A stretch of DNA of 64,000 nt from Octopus sinensis (taxonomy: Eukaryota), in contig NC_043012.1 in NCBI RefSeq assembly GCF_006345805.1, positions 33,852,001 through 33,916,000 on the forward strand. Direction: 5' to 3'. The position numbers and the translations under genes were made by a program. How positions within the stretch are numbered: the first letter of the stretch is position 1; every line of letters starts with the position of its first letter. Shown here one piece after another: positions 1 to 13,100 of the stretch. The notes under the pieces were generated by a model, which was not told where the DNA came from, searched no databases, and saw only the letters and a program-made list of their open reading frames with translations.

Positions 1-1700
1 TCATTAATATTTTTAAAGTAAATCTTTTCAATTGACGCCATTTCTTTGGGATTATTATTAACGACCAAAGAATTAAATTGTAATTTTACACTGGACCTGA
101 AAAGGAATTGATAAAATATACGTTAGGGGTGAAGTTTTGACCAGAGTACCTGCTACAGAGGTTCATATTCATTAGAAACTTGCCCTCTGTCACAACTCCC
201 AATTTAATTTTTTTTACAAAATAGCAAAGATTGAAGACTTGAGAACTGACCCTCTGAATTCAAGAAACTGAACCTGATGTATCTTGGACTACATTGTCTA
301 ATGTGTTCCTCTTTGAAATAAGAAACAAAGTGGGCCGTGTTTTGAAGGAAATTTGATTGTTATTTCTAGATCAAGCAACTCTCACAGAGAGGTTTCCATT
401 CTGTTGACGTTTTTCTCCACTTAGGGGTTGTTACAGTTGTTATTAAAAGACACCAGCGTTTACCATTTCTTGCCAATTTCTAGAACTAGTTTAGTTCCAG
501 ATGAGATGTCCCGATTGCTACTTTCTCCAAGGGCCCTTTGTTCCCTCAGTGTACTGACACTAAGTATGACCCACAGCGCTCTAACCCTATATCGTGATCT
601 CCCACTCCAAGGGGAATGTAAAAAAGAGGTATAAACATGTAGGCTAATTAACCATAAAAAAGAAGGGGGGAGTGAACAACACAGTCTATACAGACACTAT
701 GTATGTCAAAAAGTAAAAGAACCCAAAGACTTAGCTAAAGGTGTTTGTGGATGGGGAGGGTACCCCAAATATTTGCAACTTTAAAGGGTTTTCTTTTATG
801 TTTTTTCTTGATTAGGAAAGCCAAGTTCACCTCGAAGGGAAAGATATTTCTGTTGTAGGGACTTCAAATTTGTAATTTAATGTCAAGGGATTGATATTTA
901 TCTCTAGTGAATGAACTGTGTGTGTGTGAACAATTTCATATTTTTTAAAATTTTATATTGGTTGATCAGTTCTGGACTGTCAGAGCTTAATTTTGTTTGC
1001 AATGTTGATGTCTTGGAACAGCTGGTTGTGATATAGGGCTAAACACACACACACACTGCTGTCTAACGATGGAGATATTTACTGTTACGCAGACTCACTC
1101 ACTCTACAGGTTTCATTAGATTATCCTATTACTATCTTTATAGTCTTTTTCATCTTTTAAAATCTGTGAATTAACTTATTGTTAAAAGTTCTTATTTATT
1201 TCTTTTCCAATAATAAATGGAATTGGATTCGGTATTTAATTTTTAGCTTTAATATTGCTTCAGACAGTAAGGTGGTAAGCTGGCAGTATCGTTAAGCACA
1301 CTAGGCAAAATGCTTAGCGGCATTTCATCCGTCTACACATTCTGAGTTCAAATTCCGCCAAGGTTGACTTTGCCTTTCATCTTTTCGCGGCCAACAAAAT
1401 AAGTACCAGTTGAGCTCTGGGGGTCAATGTAATTGACTCCCCCACCCAGCCCCCGAACTTGCTGGATTGTGCCAAAATTTGAAGCTAATATTATACTTCA
1501 AACCTTAAGTAAATTGTGATGTTAGCACTAGGCGAGGGCTGCCGATATCAAGCTGGTTTCAATTCATTCTACTATCTATAGAAAAAAACATTTTCTTCAC
1601 TTCCTCCTATAAATTATAAGGTCCTGTATATATTCAATATTTGTGGGTTTTTTTCTTTCTTTAATGGTCACTAGATTTTGCTGTCTAATTAAAATCTAAT

Positions 1701-1972
1701 ATGTGAAGTATATTTGCCATCTAAATATGGCTAACCACTAAGGGTGGATGTTACTGTAGCCTGTAGCCCCAGGAGAACATCTTCTCAAGCTGGCTATTGA
1801 CACACTTTCTGTGCCCTATCGGTATTTGCAAAGGGAAGCCACCCTTCCCATCGTCGACCTGACGTGATACGCACGGACCCAGGTTTCTGGAGATGTTTTC
1901 CTGGGGCTACAAGCTACATTAACATCCACCCTTAGTGGTTAGCCATATTTAGATGGCAATTATACTTCACAT
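1701..1972. mobile_element. MITE-like foldback, 82-bp inverted arms (1701-1782 and 1891-1972), 78/82 identical
   Basis: Direct comparison of the arms shows 4 mismatches; 108-nt spacer. Confidence 0.85.
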
Positions 1973-3841
1973 TGTCCTGCAGTTACTGTCTATACCTCGT
2001 TCAGAGATTAAAATCTAATAGCTACTGTCTAATCCATGGAATGGTTTTAAGGTGATCCCAAGCTTAGCTTCCCTGTTCACCTGATGATAGTTCATTTAGG
2101 TGATTGCAAACTGCTGCCAGTCTCTCTCCTAGGTTACATTTCTTGCTGATAGGTAAATAAACCAACCACCATACTGCCAAGGAGTCACTCTGCATGCTAG
2201 AAATGGCACCCCCACTATCTTATAGGGGAGAACGGGTTGGGCACAGTTGGAATGTCTTTGACTGGGGCCAAACAACAACTAGCTGCTGAGCTGTTAGAAT
2301 GTATTGAACCGCAATAGATGTACTACAGCCATCTTCCTGCTAATATTTCTTTTACAATTGAGTTCATTGCAATCAGATTTCAAACTACAAAAATAAAGTC
2401 TCATCTACATAATATTGATTTCTGTCAGAGAAACAGTATTGATTTTATATTGATTTTATTCAACATTCATGAGATTTGAACTCAGGATGTAAAAGAGTCA
2501 TAACCACAAGGAATTTTGTGCCATGTCATCTTCTACCCTTTTATGTAATATTGATTTCTTACTTTGGTACAAGCCACTAATATTTGGTAAGAAAGAACCA
2601 TTGGATCTACCAATTACAGAAGGATGAAATAAAAGGTAGTTGTCTTTGGGATTTGAACTCAGAACATACAAGGTTGTGGTTAATTACTTCAATTTTGTGT
2701 GCTATAGTTACTGATTCCACCAATCCTATTGCCAATACCTGCCATTCTTCTGTTCAATTTATTTGGTTTTTCCAGGCAAGCATCTATCCCAAAACAATAT
2801 TGGATAGAATAGTTTGCTTGCAGTGTTATTATTTCTCTAATTTGTAATTAGCTTGATGTTACAAATCTTATTCCGTTGAAATTTTCCCCTTGGATAGGTA
2901 GGAAGAAACCACTGCTGCCTGTGTAAACTCAATTAGGGAATGAAATACCTTCCACAGTAACTGTCAGCAATGTTACTGATTGTAGTTCTTCAAATTCCTG
3001 TAATTTGGGGTTGTTCAGTTGACCTTTCAAACTTCCAGAAGAGTTGTATCTTATTCCCATGACGTGTTATCATCATCGTTCAACGTCCACTTTCCATGCT
3101 AGCATGGGTTGGACGGTTTGACTGTACAGTTGGATGTCCTTCCTAATGCCAACCACTCTGAGAGTGTAGTAGGTGCTTTTACATGCCACCAGCACAGGGG
3201 CCAGTCAGGCGGTACTGGCAACGACCTCGCTCGAATCTTTTTACACATGCCAACGGCACAGGTGCCAGTAAGGTGATGCTGGTAACGACCCCGCTCGAAT
3301 GGTGCCTCCTACATGCCACCGTGTTGTGTGGTTCCTTTTCTTCAGCCGACCAGAAATCATTGTAATTAGAAGACTTATTTCTATTAACAATGTTTTATAT
3401 AAATTGGCTGTAATTTCCACTCTATGAAACTCCTTTCAATATTTTTAGGTTATTTGTTCTTCTGAATGTAAGGTACGTAACTCTGCTTGTTTCAGTTTGC
3501 CTGGCTGACGAACAGTATGCAAATGTTCAATTTTGTAAAATAAAATGAAACAGATGCAGAACAATCGAAAGAAACTGGTTGGTGTTCGCGTGGCAAAAAC
3601 ATTAAACTTCATTGTTATTGAAGGATCTATAAATTTTACTCAAAATCAAAGTTTTAGAATATTCCTATAATTTTTATATTTTTTTTTTTTTAATTTACCA
3701 ACTGATTTTTCCAGTTGGTTGCCCTTGCTACTGCTGCTCTTCTACACTATAGGTTCTAGAATTTTCAAGCAAGATGAAACCAGAAATGCTAAATGCCTTA
3801 CTTGGTAGGGAAGTAATCCCCCATCTCCATTATACTTCAAC

Positions 3842-3960
3842 TTATCCAAGTTTTGGGGGAAGCAGGAAATTTTTTTTTTTTTATCCAAGTTTTGGGGGAA
3901 GCAGGAAATTTTTTTTTTTTTTATCCAAGTTTTGGGGGAAGTAGGAAATTTTTTTTTGTT
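3842..3960 (+). repeat. Tandem repeat, 3 x about 40 bp (ttatccaagttttgggggaagcaggaaa-T12)
   Basis: Three consecutive units read directly, 55 nt upstream of the 4015 acceptor. Confidence 0.9.
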
Positions 3961-4014
3961 TTTTTTATTTGCGTGTTTCATGTACTGGATTTTCTTTTTC
4001 TCTTGTTCTTTCAG

Positions 4015-4185
4015 ACACGCACTCTTTTTGTGAATGCGTTTATCACAAACAATCGTTCTGATTACATAACACACCTGATGGCTTACCATACAAAGTATCT
4101 AGAATGTTTTCTCAAGACTCAGAACCATTTAATGAGAGCTGATGGACCATTACCATTTGCATATAGACATTATATAGCTATAATG
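4015..4185 (+). CDS. SESN: Sestrin exon (first found): TRTLFVNAF...[15 protein letters not shown]
   Basis: ttctttcag acceptor, atg|gtaagt donor, 171 nt, phase 0/0. Confidence 0.95.
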
Positions 4186-7100
4186 GTAAGTATTTCTTCA
4201 TCATTTAATAAATCAAGACATTCTGAAAAAAAAAAAAAAATCATCTTTTTTCTTTATTTTTTCATTTTCTCTAAAGCATGAAAATCCTTGTTTTTAAATT
4301 CTCAGGTTCTGTTTGCTGGTCAACAGAAGCTGCTAAATAGATGCAGCACAGAATTTTCATCTCTTAAGTCAAGGGCTCAAATACTACTACCATCATTTGC
4401 TTGCAGGCTATTGTTGTAGTGTAATCCTAACTTCAGATGTTCCAGCTATGATCATCCTGTCCTTTAAAGTGTGTATGTGTGTGTGTGTGTGTGTAAGAAG
4501 GGTCTGTGAACCTTTTTGAAACAACTGCTGTAAACCCTTTATTTTTAATTAAGTGGCCTACTTCCCAACTGTGATTTCACGTTGCACAGCACCTTGGGCA
4601 AGTGTCTTCTATTAAAGCCCCAGGCAACAAGTGCAGTCTTATGGCTGGATTTGGTAAATGGAAACTGAATGAAGCTCATCTTGTATATGTATGTATGCAT
4701 ATATAGATATGTGTTTTTGTGTCCCCTTGTCTTGATATAAGTTAATGGTTGTAAAGGTTATTCATTTCCAACCTTCCATACAAAACCTATGTGGCCATGG
4801 AGAAAGGAAAGTATTACCTTTCTTGAAACCGGTTAGGGCTGGCAATGAGAAGGGCATCTGGCCATAGGAAATCTGCTTCAACAAATTCCATCTTGACTCA
4901 TACAAGCATGGAAAATTGAATTTTAAAACTTATGATGGTGGAAAGAATTGGCCAGCCCTGTGCAACTGTGCTGCTAGGATCATCTACAACAAATGCAGAA
5001 TTGAAAGCTGTCATTATCATCATCATCATCGTTTAACGTCCGCTTTCCATGCTAGCATGGGTTAGACGGTTTGATTGAGGGCTGGCGAACCAGGTTTCAA
5101 TCTTGATCTGGCAGAGTTTCATCCCTGTCGTATATATATTTCATATAACAAAGAACCTGCTAATGAAATGGTCCTAGTAACTTCAAGACACAAAACCTCA
5201 TTTCATCTCTTCATCACGCTATATATAAATCTGTTTGTGTAAGAAAAAGGAAATTCAACCATTTGGCTGCCAGATTTTTTTTTCAGAAAATATAGTTTTT
5301 CAATTAATAATTTATTAAATTTATGATTAAAATAAGGCTTCGTAAAGTCAGTCTAATGAACTTGTTTCTTCCGATGTAGGCTGCTGGTCGACACAAGTGT
5401 TCCTACCTCATTCAACTTCAAGCTACTGAGTTCCTCTTACAGAGCGGTAACGCCGATTGGTTGAAAGGGTTGGATTACATCCCACAGAAACTACGAGATC
5501 TTTATGAAATTAATAAATTGCTTGCCCATAGGCCATGGTTAATAAACAAATCACATATAGAAGTAAGTTTCAAATTTTGGAGTTTTTCCATTTTATTTTT
5601 TCACCTTTGGTTTCTCTTGAATCTTTCCTAGATTATTCTGCTGTTCCTCAACACGATTTTAACAATCCTATAAAGACAAAATACTGGAGGTGTGGAGAGT
5701 CAGTTTTTTTAGTTTTCTATTTTAATCATTTAAAATTTAAATAGCTAATAAGAAGAAGGATACTGTAAATTGAGAATCTATTTTTCTTGATTCACGAAAT
5801 TTTTATCAATTTAAATTTTCACACTGGAAAAAAAAAACACCAAAAAAGCACTCTCTTTCATTAATATAACCTTCACATAAAATTCAGTTCTTGGAATTTA
5901 TATTTCCACATATGCTACTAATATATTTTTAATAATGTACGACCATCACGACCCTTTCCTCACCTCTAGTGTTTGGTATCATATTAACCTAGAATTAGCA
6001 ATTAATTAAATTAATTAGGAAAGCCTTCATAGTATATTTATTTACTGTGGTGTATATGGTGTGTTTATAGATATATTTGGTATGGTGTGTTTATAAACTG
6101 TTGTGTTTGAGTTAAGTATTTTTATAGGTCTGCATGTAAACAGGCTTTTGTAGTCGGTATATAAAAAAGTGTTTAAATGAGTTTCTTTTCTCTTATTTCT
6201 ACTGTTCCCAACCAACCAGCTGCGACTAGTCGACTGGTTATCCTTGAAAATAGGCCACTGCTTCTTGTTAGCTTTTTTTTACTTTACACACAAACTACAA
6301 CAAATAGAATGCAAACATGTTTTTACAGTGGCAGCTTACACAGAATAAACTTTGCACATTTGTAACAATCTTTCTCTCCCTCTCGTGTAGCAGTATCTCT
6401 TTACCCCTCCTCCAACGTAGCAGCAACTTAACAGTTCCACATTCAATACGAACAAACAAATAAATAAGAAATATAAAAATGCTTTTGCTCTTTGAAAGTC
6501 AAAATGGTGGTATGGTTTCTGTGATATTCCTCTTTACAAATATTTCTCCGGATTATATTTTAGAGTCTTTTGGTATGAGGCCATAGATTTACCAAGGAAG
6601 TAGAGAGACCATTTCCCCAGTACATATCTAGAACTTACTTACAGTCCTGAACAAATGAATGACTTGTCATCGGTCTCCTTTGTTACTTCACTTGAATAAA
6701 TCTTGTCTCCGTTAAATATTAAATAGTTGGTTTGACGCTACATTAACTGAAGTGGAGAAATGTTTGTGCGTAATGTATGAGCATTTAACGTCCATGCTGG
6801 CATGGGTGGGACGGTTCAACAGGAACCAGCCAGGCAGAAGCCTGCATCGGACTTCTGTGACTGTTTTGGCAGGATTTTTACAGCTGGATGTCCTTCTTAG
6901 CACCAAGCAGAGTGGACTTATATATAATCAAGATCCTCATCATTTAACCCTTTCGTTGCTGTATTTATTGCTCTGTGTTTCTTTCAATTACTTTAAATAT
7001 AACAAGGGATTTAGTAAAATAACTTAGTTATCATTAAGCCAGTGTTAGGAACATAAATTCTGACTAAGGTTTGGTGGAAGATTTTAAATCAAAACTTATG

Positions 7101-10100
7101 GAAACAAGACATTTGTACTCAGAGCCAGAGCCGGTTTCAGCCGGGTTGGTAACAAAAGGGTTAATGTTCACCTTCCACACTGGCATGGATGGGTTGCACA
7201 TGCCAGCTGATTTGTCTTCATCTTCAGTTTATTAATGGTATAGATTTTTTATTGACCCTGAAAGAAAGCCAAGCAATGTAAAGGAGATTGACTGTTCCAC
7301 TACTTAGCTGTTTCACCATAACTATTAAATAAATGATAAATCATTGATCAGAGAAAACTGGATTTATTTGCTTTTACATAATTGTCGAACATATTAATAT
7401 AGTTTCCAGTGGATTTGATTTCATTCAAGGCCAGTGGTTTTATGTTTAACTCTGAATTGTGACCTGTTGGTTTACAATGGTAAACTGGAACTGCAGTGTA
7501 AATTTAGGTTTAAAGTTATGGGATAATTAATTTCAATGCTGGAAGAAAAACAGATTAACTGAAATTTTCCTTGTAGTTGTGGCAGGGGTTTTTGTAACTG
7601 TCACAGGAAAGGAAAGACAATTTGGAGCGATTAAGAATTGATCCCTGGAAGTCAATTCACATTTGGAGAAGGAAAGCTTGAATGGGGACTACCATGGAAG
7701 TGTTCCACTGTGTTAGACTTTATCGAGAATATCTTCTCAATTGATCAGCAGTAAATTACTGACAAGGTCAAATATGCTGAATCATCATATATTTGTCCCC
7801 TTGCTTGGAAATAACTGTCATAATTTCCTTTCTGTTAATTTGTAAAATTTACTTTGAGAGATTAATTTGTTTTCTTTCTCTAATTAGAGGCAGGTTTCAA
7901 TTAATTATTTTAGCCCCTCCCCCCACTTCACATTACACTAACACAGCACTCACTTCTACAACTTGTTAAAACAAGCTGGCCAGTCGAGAGGGATGGTGGA
8001 CAGATTAGTTAATATTAAGATTAATTGTACAAATCTTGTGTAATTTAATACTTAGGCTGTTAATTAGTGTCAGTTCCATTTTACTTAACTGCTATATTGT
8101 TGAAGACTTTTCTCTGTGTGTGTGTGTGTGTTGGTAAGTAGCTACAATAGATACCTTTCCTTTTTAATGTCGTGTATTCAGGTCATGAAGTAGGAACGGT
8201 GGCAGCTATTTAGTAGCTAAGGGTGAAGCAGTGAAGGAAGTTTATGGGTTAACTATGTAATGAAAAGAAGAAGAAAAAAACCCCGCATAACTCTCTCAAT
8301 CCTCCACCCTCCTCTTTACCAAAATACTTGTTAACAAATGTCTATTTTTTAACTAGAGATGGTATTTAAGGGTTAGGAAAAACTGCATAAAATATTTCAC
8401 TCTCTTCCTCAAATCCATTTCCTCTTCCCCATAAAAGACCTGTTGACAAAACTGAAGAAAGAAAATTATTAAATTAATTCCACAAACTTAAGAACAGTTC
8501 CCAACATTTTAAATGAGACAAATTTCATCTCACAATTATTAGAGATTATTAACATATCTGTTTATCAATTAATTTATTTAATGATAACTGTTTTACATAA
8601 ACCATTTAAAATAAATAATTGTACAACTAACACCAGGTATTGTTTCAATGTAAAATGATCCTTAGAACCTGGCCAAGCTTCTAGTTTTGTTGTTTTCTTA
8701 TCATTGGAGCATCATGACCTATTGACATTAAGAATTTTTGTCCAAAAGTTAAAAATATAGAATATTTAATGTTGTGCTGGATTTCAATATTATTTTGTAA
8801 TGTGGTGTATTTATTTGTAATTTCCAGAAACTTACCAAAGGGCCCAACAACTGGTCGGTGTCTGAGGTAACTCAGGCATTAATAATACTTTCTCACTTCC
8901 ATGCATTGTCCGGGTTTATTTATGGCTGTGGAATTAGTTGTGATTTTGATGCTGATCAAGGACTCACTTACCTGCCTGCTTCCAAGAACTATGATGATTC
9001 TTGTGAAAATGGCTGTCAAAGTGAAGAAGAAACAGAAGAGGAAGAAGATAATGTAAGTGAAACTTTTTTTTCTTTTTAAATAGCTCAGTAGAGGAACGTT
9101 GTATTTATTGTAAATGAGAAATATAACTATGCTTACATGGTAACATAGAACTGCGTATGTGTGTGTGTAACTGCTAATTTCTCTTTCACTAAACAATTTC
9201 TGTAATGCTAATGACAGTACATAGATTTTTTTTTTATTCTGGTACAGTATTAATCATTTAATGATGCAATTAACTGAATCACTATTATTTCCTTTTTGAT
9301 TTAATTAATTGAAATCTAAAACGCTAATAATAGTACAAAGTATTCAACTGATTTCTGAATTTTGTTAATTATATTATTAGTTTTTTAATAAATTGAGTTT
9401 TCATCGTCACTACTTGTTATGGTGGGGAAAAAATATCTTGTAGCAAACAAAGACAGCAAACTGGGTTCAATTCTCTGAGTGAAGATGCATTACAATGTAT
9501 TAGGAACTAAACACTTCGGTATATAACTGGTACTTTATTAATTCCAGGGGTAGGTTTGAAGTCCTAATTTCGAGAAGAAGAAGGAAAAAAAAACTAAATT
9601 AGTTCAACCATTGATTGTAGTAATTATAAAAATATATCTTACTTAGGTACCACATATTGGGGAAATGGACATTGTGTCCCTGTAACTGACTGATCCTATT
9701 TTTATCAACTCTCAGTGGTGGTGGTGCCATATAGTAGATTTAGTTAAACTTCTGATTTCCGTGTCCAGAAAAACCATTTTTAGTCAGCACATTGTTAAAA
9801 CCTTGTCAGCTTGATTTCTCTCTTCCATAAACCTCTAAAATAATTAGTGCAGGATTTTCAATAACCCTGAATTATTGTATTTCTTAACAGTCTTATGAAT
9901 GCTTTGAGGGAGGAGTCGAAGCTTTACTTGAACGAATGAAGAAGCTGAGTGAAACCCAAGAAGAAGCAACAGAAGAAGAAATGCTGAAAGGATTTGAGAA
10001 GGTGGAATCTCCTAACCTCGAATGTAAGTTCAAAATAACTATTTTGGGGGGAGTGGCATTGATGGGGTGCCACACAGCATGCTTAAGATTATTATTTCTT

Positions 10101-13100
10101 CATGTGTTCCTTGTTCAGTTTGCATTTGATTTCCTTCTCAGTAGGGTTTGATCAAATAGGTTTGTGACTCCTACCCCATATGTATGGTCTTTGACCCGTG
10201 TCAGAAATCACTTTTATTAAAAAAAAAAAAAAAAAATAGACTGATAAGAAACTTAAATATTCCCTCAAAATGTCTTGAGTTGGCTGCAAAGGTGAAAGGT
10301 CAAAGATTCTTATTTCTGCATATGGTTTCTTAATAATTTTTTAGCCAGACATTTTCTGTTTTCCTAACTGGTTTAGCCAAAATGTTATTTTTCACAAAGA
10401 CCCAATATGTCATATTGTTGACAATAAATGCCACTAAAGATAACCGTGGTAGACTCTTCCCTGTCCAAGGAGAAAAAGTTCACAATTGGAATGAAGATTT
10501 GGACCATCAGTCTTCTCAGTGAGAGCTGGCCTGGTCTGGGAAGAAGGAGCTTCAAGATGGCCTTGCTGGTACATGCACCAGGCCCCATGAGGGCTCAAGA
10601 CATTTCCTGGCATTAAGTACAAGAGCAAAGAAGAGATTTATAGACACATTCTGCCCGTTTTCTACTATTGTTGTTCAATGTAGGGGAGACTTTACTGGCT
10701 GCTGCTATTGTGCTGAACAGCAGGCCATAATGGATGATCTAATTTGGAAACTTTTGCACCCTAATAGAGGCTGGAGACCCACTCAACTGCATTGATGGCA
10801 GTGGTAAATGCATGAATGGAACTGAGGTTCTACTAAAGCTAATAGGGGCCAGAGATTCTTGGTGTTGAATGGTGAAACATCTTGGTTGCAGCCACTTAAA
10901 GGAGAGAAGCTAACGGTTGTACAACTCCCCGTCCTGTCATATTATAGTCACTCATTCCTTGCATCCTTCCATATTACGACAAATGTTCTCAAACGTTGGG
11001 TATTGTGTTTATTTTGTTAGAATTGTTTTTCCCCAGCTAACATTGTTGGGTAGATTTGCAACACAGGAGCATTCCAACCATCTTGGCACATTTACAACAC
11101 AGCTACACATTATGCTGCTCTCTCATCTGTTGACAGTTTTAGCAGCACAGTTTCTGCTTTTCACTCCAAACATCTCTCTCTCTCTCTCTCTCTCAGCATA
11201 CACACATATAGATAGATAGTGCTGTGTGTTTTGTGTATGTTTATGTTCCCTCTTGTCTCATCTAGAATTACTGTATTTTTTGGTTCTCTCTTTCTTTAAT
11301 TCTTTTAGTAAGTACCTCAACAGAGAATCTCACTGCAAACAAATCAAACATACTACGCTATGTCTATGAACCAGACTACACATACCAAGACTTCAAACGT
11401 GTTAATTACCAAGAAGTAGCTACATTCCGAGCTCAGGATTACTCCTGGGAAGATCATGGGTTTTCATTAGCCAATCGTCTCTATCCAGAGATTGGAAGTC
11501 TATTGGACGAAAAATTCCGAGTGGCTTACAACCTTACTTATAATACGTAAGTAACCAACCAGATTTTCGATTTTATTTCCATATTTCATTTGGTTTTTAT
11601 TTTCTGTGGTTTTTAAAAGGTCGTTGGTAGTAATATGAACATACCCTTAAATATTTCTGTTAGACTTCTTAAGTCTGTCGGCTGCAAAATAGGATCTGGA
11701 TTGAAAGAATGTTGCACTCTGCTGTGTGCTACCAAGAATGGCAACTATTCAATTCTAAAAATATTTACTCCATTAATAAAAAGTTCTGTGATTTGTTGTC
11801 AGTTGACATACAAATAATGAAATGTTAATTTTAATGGAAATAATTAAAGGTTGTATTTGAACTGAAAATTAAAGTAAATACTGTAGAGAACTTTTAAAAA
11901 AAAAAATCATAAACTACCAATGTCATTGGTCCGGCAATACTTATTTGCACATTCTATAGCCTTGCATTGACCAGATGGAAACTTTGTGAAAGGCCATCAG
12001 ATTGTCTGTTCTTGTGATTGAAGAGCTCAGCCTTCCACACACTATTAAGACTGATTCTGTCAGAGTATTACATCACAGACACAATTATCTGTGGAATACT
12101 CAACCTTTTATGCAGTATTCCAATAAGTCATTGATTTAAGCAACTAGAATGAGGAAGGCCACACCTTGATGTGTGTGTGTGTAACTTTTAGATTTTATTT
12201 ATCAAAGTATCCAAGTAAAAATCTTGTCAAACATTTGAGTTAAAAAAATAGAAATGTTTAAAAGTGAGGTAAAATTATTCCAATTATTATGTTCTTGTAT
12301 AGTTTTCCTAATTCATCTTCCTAATGAATTCTTCTATATTTTTTTTTCTTTAGAATGGGTAACAACAAAGGTGTTGATACGACAGCTTTCCGGAGAGCCA
12401 TCTGGAACTACATCCACTTCATGTATGGCATCCGTCACGATGACTACAATTACAATGAAGTGACCGATCTACTAGAGAGAGACTTGAAAACCTATGTTAA
12501 AACTGTCACTTGTTATCCTGAGCAGGTTTCCTACCAAGATTACAAAAATGTTTTGAAAGGCTTTCAACATTCGGAAAAGGTAAGTAATGATTACCATTTA
12601 GAAAAACCTCCGTTCCACTTAATGGGAATCATTAGAATTAGAAATCATTAGCTTCTTCGCAATAAAACCTACTCTTTCGTGGTTCTCCCTGCTATCTTTG
12701 AAAGCAAATATTTGGTTTGAGCAGACTTACTCTTCTGTAGTCCTTGCAACTTTTAACCCTTTAGTGTTCGCATTATTCTGCCAAAATTAATCCTTTTTTT
12801 TATCCACATTGCCTTGAACTAATCAGGCATTAATCTTGGTGCTATGAGATTTTGATGAGGTAGCTGTTAATTTTTAAAACGATATTGTAGAGTTGGTGTG
12901 AAAGACCAGATCCGGCCAGTTTGAACATAAAACAGGCAGAATACTTTTGGCCGGTTTAAATGCTAAAGGGTTAACGCTGTTCCTTCCAATGAGGCGGCTA
13001 ATCTGCTTACATAATGATGAAAATGGAGAGATAGTACTGAGTGTTTTAGTAGATGAAAGACAAAGTGAAAAAACATTGCTCAGATTCCAGCCATTAGTTA

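Noticed and set aside
2777-2900. Candidate upstream Sestrin exon after the strong acceptor ttttttccag
   Set aside because: No frame gives the expected GPSxFIP-type N-terminal motif and stops occur before a usable donor.
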